In this document: one piece after another, positions 30,264-39,533 of the stretch
How positions within the stretch are numbered: position 1 is the stretch's first letter
How the letters are laid out: each line of letters starts with the position of its first letter
NCBI GenBank assembly: GCA_040772365.1
Contig: JAXGYI010000003.1
Coordinates: 7,234-71,233 of the forward strand
DNA: 64,000 nt
From: Candidatus Moraniibacteriota bacterium
GTDB lineage: Bacteria; Patescibacteriota; Minisyncoccia; Moranbacterales; GCA-2747515
Direction of reading: 5' to 3'
Notes under the pieces: generated by a model
Database searches by the model: none
Told to the model about the DNA's origin: nothing
The model's input: only the letters and a program-made list of their open reading frames with translations
Program-made: the position numbers and the translations under genes

Positions 30264-32132
30264 CTATGGGATGTGCCATCCGATTCCCTCATAGCGCCAG
30301 ATGTGATCGGGATATGTCGCAATAACAGTATCGCGTTCAGGGGCACTCGCTGTATAGAAGTGTCCTTGTTTTGTGTCAGACCAAAAGCGGTAGACCGGCG
30401 TGGATTGCGCGAGAGGGTAGGGGTAAGCATAGTAGGCAATACCCTCATAGTTCCATATGTAGGGATCATACTGCGCAATAACGGCGTCGCGCTCTTCTTG
30501 TGAAGCTGTATAGAAATGATGTTGCTGGGCAGTACTCCAAAAGCGGTAGATCGGCGTAGTGTTTGCTTGTTGCTGCGAGAAAGCAAGAAAGGCAATTCCC
30601 TCATAGCGCCAGATGTGGTCTGGGTAGGTTGCAATGACAGCATCACGCTCAGTAATGCTTGCTGTGTAGAAATGCCCTTGTGTCGCAGCAGACCAAAAGC
30701 GGTAAATGGGTGTTGTCGCGCATGACTCTGTTGGAATGGTACCGGACTGTGCAGCGCGCAAGGCAGTGTAGAGATTTAGTCGTCTGTTGCATGCTACAGT
30801 ATTTTCTAGAGAAGCCGGATGATCACTACTTGCAAGGATGATGGCGCGTACTGCTGTGGGAGAGAGAAAGGGCTTGTGTCCGAAAATCATTGCGGCAGCA
30901 CCTGAAACAAATGCGGCGGCATAGGAGGTACCGTCGCCGGTGTAGTAGGTGTTATTTTCTATAGTGCCTACAATACTTTCACCTGGTGCAGCGATGTCTA
31001 CAGATGTACCATAATTAGAAAATGATGCCAAAGTGTCATTTTTTGTAGATGCTCCGACGCAGATGATGTTAGAGAGATCGTAATTGCATGGGTACTGCGG
31101 AGTGACATCAACATTGTCGCCAACTCTGTCATTGCCACCATTGCCTGCAGCAGTAACGACTACGCCATCAAATGTAGAAAGGGCATCATATTCTGATCTT
31201 GCATAGGATGGTCCGCCAAAACTGGCATTAAGCACCTTAATGCCGTGTGTTTTGGCAAATGCAATTGCTTGCAATTCTGATGCTAGGGTGAGGTCAAATC
31301 GTAACGCCATAATTTTGCCAGTATTATAGCGGCTCATACCGGCAAGTCCGGTAGCATTGTTCGTAATGGCGGCAAAAATACTAGCTACCATTGATCCGTG
31401 ACCATATAAGTCAGGGTGTGTGGATGTATCATAGGGATCATGGTCATCATCGGCGAAATCCCAGCCATGCTTTGGGCATGTTGCATCCATTGCGGGATTA
31501 CAGTGAGGGGCTGTCCAGAGATTTCCGTGCAACTCAGGATTGTCATGGAGGATCCCGCTATCAATAAATGCTACAGTTGTAGGTGTTGCAGAAGGGTGTT
31601 CAATATCCCACGCCTCTGTGCTATCAATATCACTATTCGTGGACTGTTGGTGGTACCACTGGTAACCCGCAATGAAATACGGATCATTTGGACTAAATGC
31701 TGGCGTCTTGATATAGTTGGGCTCGGCATAGGCTACATCGGCACTTGCAGAGAGTCGCGCAATGAGCGTCTCGGTGTTTTCCTCTTCCGCTGCAATAATG
31801 ACAATATTGAGATCAGTAAAAGAATGTCGGATTTGCAGGGCATCAGTTTTTGCGGCAGCCTTAAGAGAGGAGAGAATCTTATCACTTGCATGCGCAGTGA
31901 TGTCATGTGGAGATGCAGATATGCCAATTTCTTTGCGTGTAGCCGCGTGAAACTTCTTGATGGCAGTATCATGCATGCGTACAATAACCTCACCATCTCG
32001 ATACGGTGCTGGATGGGTAGCGTGATTGAATGGGCGCTGAGGGAGTTCTTCAGCAGCTACTGTGTGGGTATGTGGAATACATAATGCAAAAACAATAGCG
32101 GCGGTAGAAGCGCAGGAAAGTATTTGTGTCAT
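30264..32132 (-). CDS. Secreted subtilisin-like serine protease (peptidase S8) with a C-terminal triple RFWS…HFYT…YEGIA repeat module
   Basis: Catalytic triad contexts AFIDSGI (Asp), HGSMVAS (His), GTSYAAAFVSGAAAM (Ser). Signal peptide MTQILSCASTAAIVFALCIP. Start chosen at the internal Met (the ORF track extends to 32297, overlapping the next gene). Three C-terminal repeats encoded ~30264-30700. Confidence 0.8.
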   Translation of the reverse strand: MTQILSCASTAAIVFALCIPHTHTVAAEELPQRPFNHATHPAPYRDGEVIVRMHDTAIKKFHAATRKEIGISASPHDITAHASDKILSSLKAAAKTDALQIRHSFTDLNIVIIAAEEENTETLIARLSASADVAYAEPNYIKTPAFSPNDPYFIAGYQWYHQQSTNSDIDSTEAWDIEHPSATPTTVAFIDSGILHDNPELHGNLWTAPHCNPAMDATCPKHGWDFADDDHDPYDTSTHPDLYGHGSMVASIFAAITNNATGLAGMSRYNTGKIMALRFDLTLASELQAIAFAKTHGIKVLNASFGGPSYARSEYDALSTFDGVVVTAAGNGGNDRVGDNVDVTPQYPCNYDLSNIICVGASTKNDTLASFSNYGTSVDIAAPGESIVGTIENNTYYTGDGTSYAAAFVSGAAAMIFGHKPFLSPTAVRAIILASSDHPASLENTVACNRRLNLYTALRAAQSGTIPTESCATTPIYRFWSAATQGHFYTASITERDAVIATYPDHIWRYEGIAFLAFSQQQANTTPIYRFWSTAQQHHFYTASQEERDAVIAQYDPYIWNYEGIAYYAYPYPLAQSTPVYRFWSDTKQGHFYTASAPERDTVIATYPDHIWRYEGIGWHIP

Positions 32133-32229
32133 TGCGCGCTGAAAATATGTTTTGCGGGAAAGAGTAGTGTAGATATACACTTTGTTGAAGTGGTTCATGT
32201 GCCAAGGCATAGCAGGAGGTGATGTTGTG

Positions 32230-32784
32230 TTACAGACTTTCAATAAATTCTTGTTGTAGACGTGTAATGCACGTTTTTTTGATTCCACCATCATCAATTT
32301 CGTCGCAGATGGTTATATCTTTTTGTGCGATAGCACGGTCTTTGAGACAGTAGTCCTTTGGTAGTCCATTGTGTGCATCGCAATGTGTGATGGAATCACT
32401 AGAAGAAAGACCGCAGGCATTTCTGCAATAACGAAGCTCCTTTGCGTCATGTTTGTACGGCTCACATTCACGTGCACAATCTGGTGGGGTGATGTTGATA
32501 TAGGCTGTGGATGGTGATGTAGTAGCGGGAGGGACGGTATCTTGTGGCTCTTGTTCTACGATAGATTGCGGATCTAGATCGTTGTGCGTAATAGGCACAT
32601 CAGGGGTTTCTACTGGCACGTCATGTTGTGATGGTGGTGCTGTGTCTGTAGGTGGTGTGACGAAAACGTCACGGTCACGGGCGCTGAAAACAGTGATTAC
32701 AAAATAGAGCACGATAATGACAGCTATGGTGAGTGCCGTGTAGAGGATGTGTATAGGGCGTAGATTTTTTCGTAGCATAGTCAT
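32230..32784 (-). CDS. Membrane-anchored protein with a Pro/Thr-rich linker and a Cys-rich C-terminal domain (hypothetical)
   Basis: N-terminal TM anchor MTMLRKNLRPIHILYTALTIAVIIVLYFVITVF, then a PT-rich stretch, then about 10 Cys over 90 aa. Start trimmed to avoid overlap with the upstream gene. Confidence 0.4.
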   Translation of the reverse strand: MTMLRKNLRPIHILYTALTIAVIIVLYFVITVFSARDRDVFVTPPTDTAPPSQHDVPVETPDVPITHNDLDPQSIVEQEPQDTVPPATTSPSTAYINITPPDCARECEPYKHDAKELRYCRNACGLSSSDSITHCDAHNGLPKDYCLKDRAIAQKDITICDEIDDGGIKKTCITRLQQEFIESL

Positions 32785-32801
32785 GCAGGAATAAAGATTG
32801 A

Positions 32802-34712
32802 TTAGTATGCAGCATCGAGTGCGATATCCTTGTAGTAGTAACGCATAATGCGTGCGTAACTCCATCCATGATCGCGAGCAAGAGCAAGAGATCCGTGTGC
32901 AATAAGGCCTACCATGTGATTACCCTCAGTCTCTAGTGTAGATGTGGATTTTGTGGCGTGTTTGCCATAGGGATCTTTGACGGATTGGCACCATGGATAT
33001 AGTCTTGATCCCCAGCGCTCCTCAAAGCTGCGCGTACGACCATCACTCCAAGAGCTATATGGCGTGAGTGCTGTTTCGCCACGTGATGTCATAATGACGC
33101 CACGGGTTGCCTCTGCTGCTTTGCGGATAGTGGAATATTTCTGTTCCCAGTCATAGCCACGGTAGATTTGCGAACCGCTATCAGAGCGAATCTTGAATCC
33201 CAACGGAGCGTACTTTGTAGCATAATCTACGTACCACTTTCCGTAAGTGCGGAACATCGTTGTCATGACCTTGCTATGTTCAAATGGTCCGGTGCCGGTC
33301 ATCTCGCCCATACCCCATACGTAGTGCTCCATCGGCAAGGTATTGATTACCCAAATCTGCTTAACGCTATTTGTCGTACCGCCAATGATGTCACGTCCAC
33401 TGTAGTAGCGCACAGTGATGGATCCACGGTAATGATCGTAAGAGGACTGTGGGCGATGCACGTCAAAGATCATCGTGGCATTATCACCATCAGCAGCGTC
33501 AAAAGTGACTTTTTCATCAATAATGCGATCGCTGATGGACGAGTAAACTTTGAGACTTCCACCACCATCGTAAGTGACTTTTGTGCGCGTGCTACCACCG
33601 ATTTGCGCTATGATCGCGCCACTCTTGTCGCGGATGTTATAAGGCTTGTTAGCGTTAATTTCAAAAGGATTTTGCTGCATGGCAGAGCGGTCGTAGTGCC
33701 ACAGACCGACAGAAATGAGTGGACCAGTATTGCCGATGAGGGCGTAGTGTTTTTCTATGTCGTTGATGGTGTAGAAGTGATCGCGGGTGTTATAGAGACG
33801 ATGGACAGGTAGTGTGCCTACAGTTGGCGTGGGGTAGGCGTAGAATGCAACACCTTCATAGATATAGCCAGATGCTGTAGAACTCAATTGATCTTTTTCA
33901 TGTGTGCTGATGGTGTAAAAGTGATTACCAGTGATGGTGTGATTGAAACGATAAACAGGTTGCGCATTATTTTTTGGATCACGAAACGCATAAAATGCTG
34001 CGCCCTCATAGCGGTATGGTGTGCGGTTTTGCAAGAGAGTGCGCTTTTCATTTTCGTCAGCAGTATAGAAGTGATTCCCTGTAGTAGTATTGATGAAGCG
34101 ATAGATGGTATGATTGGCCATTTTAGTGGCGTTGTCCAGTGTCGCAGCCTCACCATCGTTAGCAGTATAGAAATGATCGCCATTAGCGTGGTTAATGAAG
34201 CGGTATACGGTGGTAGTGCCAGCCGCCTTATGTGGATAGGCATAGAAAGCAATGCCTTCTGATGCGTAGATAGTAGAGAGGTGTTGGGTAATGTAATCTT
34301 TTTCTTCTTGAGAAATGGTGTAAAAGTGGTCACCATTCGTATGATTGACGAAGCGGTAGATAGGCTGTGCATCGTGTAGATCGGAGATATAGCTATAGAA
34401 TGCAATACCTTCATAGGTGTAGATGTCTGCGTGCTGTGCAATAAGAGTATTTTTTTCGTTTTCGTCTGCAGTGTAGAAATGATCGCCGTTTGTAGTGTTG
34501 ACAAAGCGGTGGACGGGCACGGTGCCGTCTGCTTGTGCGGCAAATGCGTAAAAAGCTACTCCTTCCGCCTGATATTGCGTGCCGACGGTGTGATCAGGGT
34601 AGGCGTAGAATGCGATGCCCTCATCCGTATAGCTCGCATGTGTACTATGTTGTGGCAAGAGAATAGCACTGCCAAGGAGCGTCCATGCGATGATTAGTGC
34701 GATGTGTTTCAT
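32802..34712 (-). CDS. Secreted protein with an N-terminal array of about 6-8 RF[VI]N…GDHFYT…YEGIAFYAY repeats and a C-terminal SpoIID/LytB (amidase-enhancer) domain
   Basis: Signal peptide MKHIALIIAWTLLGSAILLP. Repeats over aa ~25-330. The C-terminal domain carries SpoIID-like …MEHYVWGMGEM… and …GNHMVGLIAHGSLALA… motifs. Confidence 0.7.
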   Translation of the reverse strand: MKHIALIIAWTLLGSAILLPQHSTHASYTDEGIAFYAYPDHTVGTQYQAEGVAFYAFAAQADGTVPVHRFVNTTNGDHFYTADENEKNTLIAQHADIYTYEGIAFYSYISDLHDAQPIYRFVNHTNGDHFYTISQEEKDYITQHLSTIYASEGIAFYAYPHKAAGTTTVYRFINHANGDHFYTANDGEAATLDNATKMANHTIYRFINTTTGNHFYTADENEKRTLLQNRTPYRYEGAAFYAFRDPKNNAQPVYRFNHTITGNHFYTISTHEKDQLSSTASGYIYEGVAFYAYPTPTVGTLPVHRLYNTRDHFYTINDIEKHYALIGNTGPLISVGLWHYDRSAMQQNPFEINANKPYNIRDKSGAIIAQIGGSTRTKVTYDGGGSLKVYSSISDRIIDEKVTFDAADGDNATMIFDVHRPQSSYDHYRGSITVRYYSGRDIIGGTTNSVKQIWVINTLPMEHYVWGMGEMTGTGPFEHSKVMTTMFRTYGKWYVDYATKYAPLGFKIRSDSGSQIYRGYDWEQKYSTIRKAAEATRGVIMTSRGETALTPYSSWSDGRTRSFEERWGSRLYPWCQSVKDPYGKHATKSTSTLETEGNHMVGLIAHGSLALARDHGWSYARIMRYYYKDIALDAAY

Positions 34713-34814
34713 AGACCTTCATTATACCATAATGTGAGGATTTGTGTGTGTGAAGAAAAGGAGTATACTGAAAGACATTGCTATGTAGGATAACATATTG
34801 TCAGATCTACTACT

Positions 34815-36167
34815 ATGAAAATTGGCGTTATTGGAATTGGTTTTGTGGGACTACCACTTGCTGCAGCGTTTGCAGAAATGGGTAATTATGTGCACTGTTT
34901 GGATGTGGACAAGAAAAAAATTGACCGCTTACGCAAGGGGCAGGTACCGATCAATGAACCGGGGTTGGATGATCTTGTGGCGTCGGGACTGGAGCGAAAA
35001 TTATTGCACTTTACAACAGATTATGATGACGTGATTAACGACAGCGAGATTGTGTTTATCGCCGTGGGGACACCGCCGGGTGCTGATGGCAGTGCAGACT
35101 TGCAGTATGTAGAAAGCGTGGCGCGCGAGATTGGGCGGCGGATTACAGCGCCGCTGATTGTGGCAGACAAATCCACCGTGCCAGTCGGCACAGCTGATCG
35201 CGTGAGAAATATCATTCGTGAAGAGTTACGTAAGCGCAAAAAGCGTATCACTTTTCACGTGGTGAGCAACCCAGAGTTTATGGCGGAGGGGCGCGCAGTG
35301 AAGGACATGATGGAACCGAGCCGCGTGATTGTGGGCACAAGTAATGCAGCGGTAGCAAAGAAAATGTATGCACTCTACAAGCCATTTATGATGCGACAGG
35401 ATCGATTTTATGTGATGGGCGTGCGTGACGCAGAGCTTACAAAATATACTGGCAATACTAACCTTGCGATGAAGGTATCGTTCATCAATGCCATTGCGGG
35501 ATTGGCAGATGTGTTGGGTGCAGATGTGAAGCATATTGCAGAGGGCATTGGCAGTGATCCGCGTATCGGCGATCAATTTTTACATGCCAGCTGTGGCTAT
35601 GGAGGAAGTTGCTTTCCAAAGGACGTGAAGGCGTTGGTGCGCTTTGCAGAGGAACATCATTTACCGGAAGAATACCTTCGTCTTTTTCGTGCGATTGAGG
35701 ACGTGAATGCATTTCAAAAAAAGTTAGTGGCGCGAAAAGTGTTGGCGCATTTTAAAAATGATATTCAGGGAAAGGTGTTTGCACTATGGGGCTTGGCATT
35801 TAAGGCAAATACCAATGATATGCGCGAGTCTGCAGCAATCACGATTGTCAATGAATTAACAGCACATGGCGCAAAAATACGTGCCTATGATCCGATGGCG
35901 ATAGATGAGGCGCGACACGTCTACCTCAAAGACAATCGTGGTGTGACATATGAAGATGCGGATAAGTACGCCGTATTACGCGGTGTCGATGCGCTGATCG
36001 TTGCAACAGAAACCAAAGAGTATCGTACTATTGATATGACACGTGTAAAAAAACTTCTCAAAAATCCCGTGATTTTTGATGGGCGTAATCTCTATGATCC
36101 TGCAGAAATGAAGACAGCGGGATTTACCTATTACGGTATTGGTCGCGGATTACGTGCGGGATTTTAA
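34815..36167 (+). CDS. ugd: UDP-glucose 6-dehydrogenase (nucleotide-sugar dehydrogenase family)
   Basis: N-terminal MKIGVIGIGFVGLPLAAAFA NAD-binding motif and the catalytic-Cys context GYGGSCFPKD. Confidence 0.85.
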   Translation: MKIGVIGIGFVGLPLAAAFAEMGNYVHCLDVDKKKIDRLRKGQVPINEPGLDDLVASGLERKLLHFTTDYDDVINDSEIVFIAVGTPPGADGSADLQYVESVAREIGRRITAPLIVADKSTVPVGTADRVRNIIREELRKRKKRITFHVVSNPEFMAEGRAVKDMMEPSRVIVGTSNAAVAKKMYALYKPFMMRQDRFYVMGVRDAELTKYTGNTNLAMKVSFINAIAGLADVLGADVKHIAEGIGSDPRIGDQFLHASCGYGGSCFPKDVKALVRFAEEHHLPEEYLRLFRAIEDVNAFQKKLVARKVLAHFKNDIQGKVFALWGLAFKANTNDMRESAAITIVNELTAHGAKIRAYDPMAIDEARHVYLKDNRGVTYEDADKYAVLRGVDALIVATETKEYRTIDMTRVKKLLKNPVIFDGRNLYDPAEMKTAGFTYYGIGRGLRAGF

Positions 36168-36310
36168 TGCTGCCACTATGCTGGCTACAGTGAGGGTGGC
36201 TGTGCGACAGTGTGTGTTGTGTAGGAAAGGTGTGGAGTATTGTGAACGCTGGTGCTCCATGGTACCATAAAAATAGCAGAGACATACGTATTTAATTTTT
36301 TCATGTATTT

Positions 36311-37258
36311 ATGGACAAGCAAGAACAGAGCATCGACATCTCCGTTGTTGTGCCAGTATATAATGAAGAGGGGAATGTGCAGGAGTTGCATCGGCGTATT
36401 ATTGCGGCATGTCAGAAAATCGGCAAGTCGTACGAGGTGATTTTTGTGGATGACGGATCACGTGATGGCACGGTAGCGGCCTGTGCAAAGCTTTCTCCGC
36501 TGACTTTGGTACGCTTGCGCAAGAATTTTGGGCAGACGGCGGCATTTGACGCAGGATTTAAAGCAGCGCGCGGTACGGTCATTATCACAATGGATGGAGA
36601 TTTGCAAAATGATCCGTCAGATATTGAATTGCTTCTTGCAAAGATGCGTGAGGGGTATGATGTTGTATCGGGATGGCGCTATGAGCGTAAGGATTCACTG
36701 AGTAAGAGGATTTTTTCACGCACGGCGGATAAACTGCGCAAAATCTTGCTCCATGATTCTATTCATGATTCTGGCTGTAGCTTGAAGGCATACAATGCAC
36801 AAGCACTGAAGAGCATTGATCTCTTTGGGGAAATGCATCGCTTTATCCCAGCGCTACTGGAATTGGATGGCTATCGTGTTGGTGAAGTGAAGGTAACGCA
36901 CCATCCACGTGTACATGGTGTGACAAAGTATAATTGGAAGCGGTCGGTGAAGGGCTTTGTGGATATGGTGTCGCTGTGGTTTTGGGGACGATATGCATCG
37001 CGCCCAATTCATTTTTTTGGTGCTATAGGGATGAGTTTTATGTTTCTAGGCACTGTGATTCTCGGGTGGATGGCTGTAGAAAAAATCTTGCTTCACGCGT
37101 CGATCGCAGAACGAATCTGGCCATTAATGGGCGTGTTTCTTGTTGTGCTCGGTGTGCAGTTTTTTGTTTTTGGATTGTTAACAGATATTATGATGAAAAC
37201 CTACTACACATCGCGTAAGCGTATGAACTATGCGGTACAGTCTACTGTGCGACAGTAA
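36311..37258 (+). CDS. Polyprenol-phosphate glycosyltransferase (GT2; GtrB/ArnC/DPM1-like) with a C-terminal TM hairpin
   Basis: ISVVVPVYNEEGNVQEL…VDDGSRDGT…TMDGDLQNDP signature of GtrB-like synthases. Two C-terminal TM helices. Confidence 0.8.
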   Translation: MDKQEQSIDISVVVPVYNEEGNVQELHRRIIAACQKIGKSYEVIFVDDGSRDGTVAACAKLSPLTLVRLRKNFGQTAAFDAGFKAARGTVIITMDGDLQNDPSDIELLLAKMREGYDVVSGWRYERKDSLSKRIFSRTADKLRKILLHDSIHDSGCSLKAYNAQALKSIDLFGEMHRFIPALLELDGYRVGEVKVTHHPRVHGVTKYNWKRSVKGFVDMVSLWFWGRYASRPIHFFGAIGMSFMFLGTVILGWMAVEKILLHASIAERIWPLMGVFLVVLGVQFFVFGLLTDIMMKTYYTSRKRMNYAVQSTVRQ

Positions 37259-37420
37259 ATCTTTTTTGGGCAGAAGGGGGGTGTGATACAATACAAGATG
37301 AAAGCGTGGAGTGTAGTACTGCATTGGCGGGTAGGTAAAATAATGCAAGGAAAGCGTGATGGGGCTTTCAGAAGCTGGAGGAATGTATTCTGTGGGCGGA
37401 AAAAATTGTACTGATGTCGT

Positions 37421-38575
37421 ATGAAAAAAATCTTGTTTTTCAACTATGAGTATCCACCACTGGGTGGGGGTGCGGCAAATGCCACAAAATATATCATGGA
37501 AGAATTTGCGCAACGTGGTGATGTCTGTGTAGATGTTGTGACCTCAGCAGTGGATAATCGTTACTATAGTGAAAAGATTGGTGGTTGTGTGACGATTCAC
37601 TACGTTCCTATTGGACAGAAGTCGCATCAGCTCAACTTTCAGACAAAACGACAACTCCTCATGTACAGTTGGCGCGCACTGCGGTATGGATTGCGATTGT
37701 CTCGACAGCAGCGCTATGACATGACGCACAGCTTTTTTGCTGTGCCGTGTGGCGTGCTGTCGCTCTTGATGAAGAAGCGCCGTGGATTGCCATACATCGT
37801 ATCATTGCGTGGCGCTGATGTGCCGGGGTATAGTGAGCGCTTTATGCAGATCTATGGAATTTTACGGCCGCTGGTGCGACGCGTGTGGCGCGAGGCAGCA
37901 CATGTTGTGACAAATAGTCAGGGACTCAAAGAGCTTGCCGCTATGAGTGCACCAACACAGATGTTTCTCCATATCCCCAATGGCGTGGATACGCATTTTT
38001 ATACACCGGGCACACGTACGGCTGTAGATCGGCAAAAAGAATTTCGCATCTTGTGTGCGGCACGTCTCTCACGCCGCAAGGGATTTACCGATGCAATTAC
38101 AGCATTTGCTGCAATTGCGCATGATTATCCACATGCTACACTAACGATCGCTGGCGGAGAAGGCAATGCTACTGTGGAGCTGAAAGATCAGGCGCTGCAA
38201 ACAGGATATGGGCACCGTATCGCATTTACTGGTTTATACACAAAAGAGCAGTCGCCAGACATTTACCGTGCGGCAGATGTTTTTGTGATGCCATCGTACA
38301 ATGAAGGAATGAGCAATAATGTGTTGGAAGCGTTGGCATCAGGATTGCCGATTATAATGACGCCAACGGGTGGATCGCAAGAAACTGTGCAAAATGGCAG
38401 TAATGGTTTTATCGTGCCGATGCACAATCCTGACGCGATTGCTATGGCATTGCGACAATTGATGGATGAGGATGGGCTGTGCGAGCGCATGGGCGACGCA
38501 AGCCGTGCACACGCCCTTACAATGAGTTGGGATAGTGTGGCGCAGAATTATTGGGATCTGTATCACAAAACATGA
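37421..38575 (+). CDS. Family 4 (group 1) glycosyltransferase
   Basis: …MPSYNEGMSNNVLEALASGLPIIMTPTGGSQETVQNGSNGF… E-x7-E motif. Confidence 0.8.
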   Translation: MKKILFFNYEYPPLGGGAANATKYIMEEFAQRGDVCVDVVTSAVDNRYYSEKIGGCVTIHYVPIGQKSHQLNFQTKRQLLMYSWRALRYGLRLSRQQRYDMTHSFFAVPCGVLSLLMKKRRGLPYIVSLRGADVPGYSERFMQIYGILRPLVRRVWREAAHVVTNSQGLKELAAMSAPTQMFLHIPNGVDTHFYTPGTRTAVDRQKEFRILCAARLSRRKGFTDAITAFAAIAHDYPHATLTIAGGEGNATVELKDQALQTGYGHRIAFTGLYTKEQSPDIYRAADVFVMPSYNEGMSNNVLEALASGLPIIMTPTGGSQETVQNGSNGFIVPMHNPDAIAMALRQLMDEDGLCERMGDASRAHALTMSWDSVAQNYWDLYHKT

Positions 38576-38583
38576 TGAGGCAT

Positions 38584-39531
38584 ATGGGAAAGAAATCTAT
38601 ACACATGATAGTGCGATGGGTTGTAGCATGTGCATTAATTGGCATCTTAATTGTCAATGTGCATTGGCATGATGTATGGCATGCGCTTATGGGTGTGCGC
38701 ATAGAATACCTTGCTGCGTTTATCGTGTTTTATCTTGCTGGTATTGTTATTAGCGCACGTAAGTGGCAAGATCTTGCAGTAATTGCAAAATTCCGACGTC
38801 ACTATACATTTTATTTTTCAACCTACTTCGTTGGAATCTTTATCAACCACTTTCTCCCGTCATTTATTGGTGGCGATACGTATCGTATTTACGCACTGGG
38901 GCGTCGGGAGCGACGCATGGCAGACGCAACAGCAACAGTCGTGTGGGATCGCGTGAGTGGTCTTGTAGTATTTGCACTCCTTGCGCTTGTGGGGCCGTTG
39001 CTATATGCTGATGTGCTATTACAACACCCACGGATAGAGGTGTTTTTCATCGGGATGATCACGGGAATCGCTGTGGTTGCTGGCGGTGTATTTGCCATGC
39101 GCTTTCAACGCATACGGCGGCTTGCTAGATATGTTCCACGTCGTATTGCGGCATTGTTGCGATCGTTCTATCGCCTCTATACGCCGCGGACAGTATTTAT
39201 TGCTGGTGCGTGGTCAACAGTATTTTCCCTCATTGCTGTCGGCTGTGCCAATCTCATGCTATTTTATGCGTTTGATGTAGAAATATCATTGCGCGCATAT
39301 GGAAGTGTTATTTTCTTGACAAATATTTTGGCAGCGCTGCCGATTAGTGTGGGGAATATCGGTATCAAAGAGTGGGCGTATATCATGCTGTTCGGGATAT
39401 TTGGGATTGAGAGCAGTGTGCTTGTAGCGATCGTTATGCTCTCACGTGTATTACAGATGGTAGTGAGTCTTTCTGCAGTACCACTGTACCTGCGCCGACG
39501 TGATGAGGTAGTGCAAAAAAGCGTCGCATAG
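38584..39531 (+). CDS. Flippase-like membrane protein (LPG-synthase-TM / UPF0104 family)
   Basis: About 8 TM helices. The N-terminal pattern …WHDVWHALMGVRIEYLAAFIVFYLAGIVISARKW… is typical of flippase-like-domain proteins that pair with GtrB-like enzymes. Start moved to the ATG after the upstream stop. Confidence 0.55.
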   Translation: MGKKSIHMIVRWVVACALIGILIVNVHWHDVWHALMGVRIEYLAAFIVFYLAGIVISARKWQDLAVIAKFRRHYTFYFSTYFVGIFINHFLPSFIGGDTYRIYALGRRERRMADATATVVWDRVSGLVVFALLALVGPLLYADVLLQHPRIEVFFIGMITGIAVVAGGVFAMRFQRIRRLARYVPRRIAALLRSFYRLYTPRTVFIAGAWSTVFSLIAVGCANLMLFYAFDVEISLRAYGSVIFLTNILAALPISVGNIGIKEWAYIMLFGIFGIESSVLVAIVMLSRVLQMVVSLSAVPLYLRRRDEVVQKSVA

Positions 39532-39533
39532 CA

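Noticed and set aside
31416-32084. 222-aa plus-strand ORF antisense to the S8 protease gene
   Set aside because: Antisense to a gene with clear subtilase catalytic motifs. The product is Cys/Arg-rich and low-complexity.
24615-34712. Possible CRISPR array suggested by the many regularly spaced repeats
   Set aside because: The repeats are ~126-135 bp protein-coding units, degenerate at third-codon positions and in frame within long ORFs. There are no short (28-37 bp) identical repeats with unique spacers, and no cas genes in the window.
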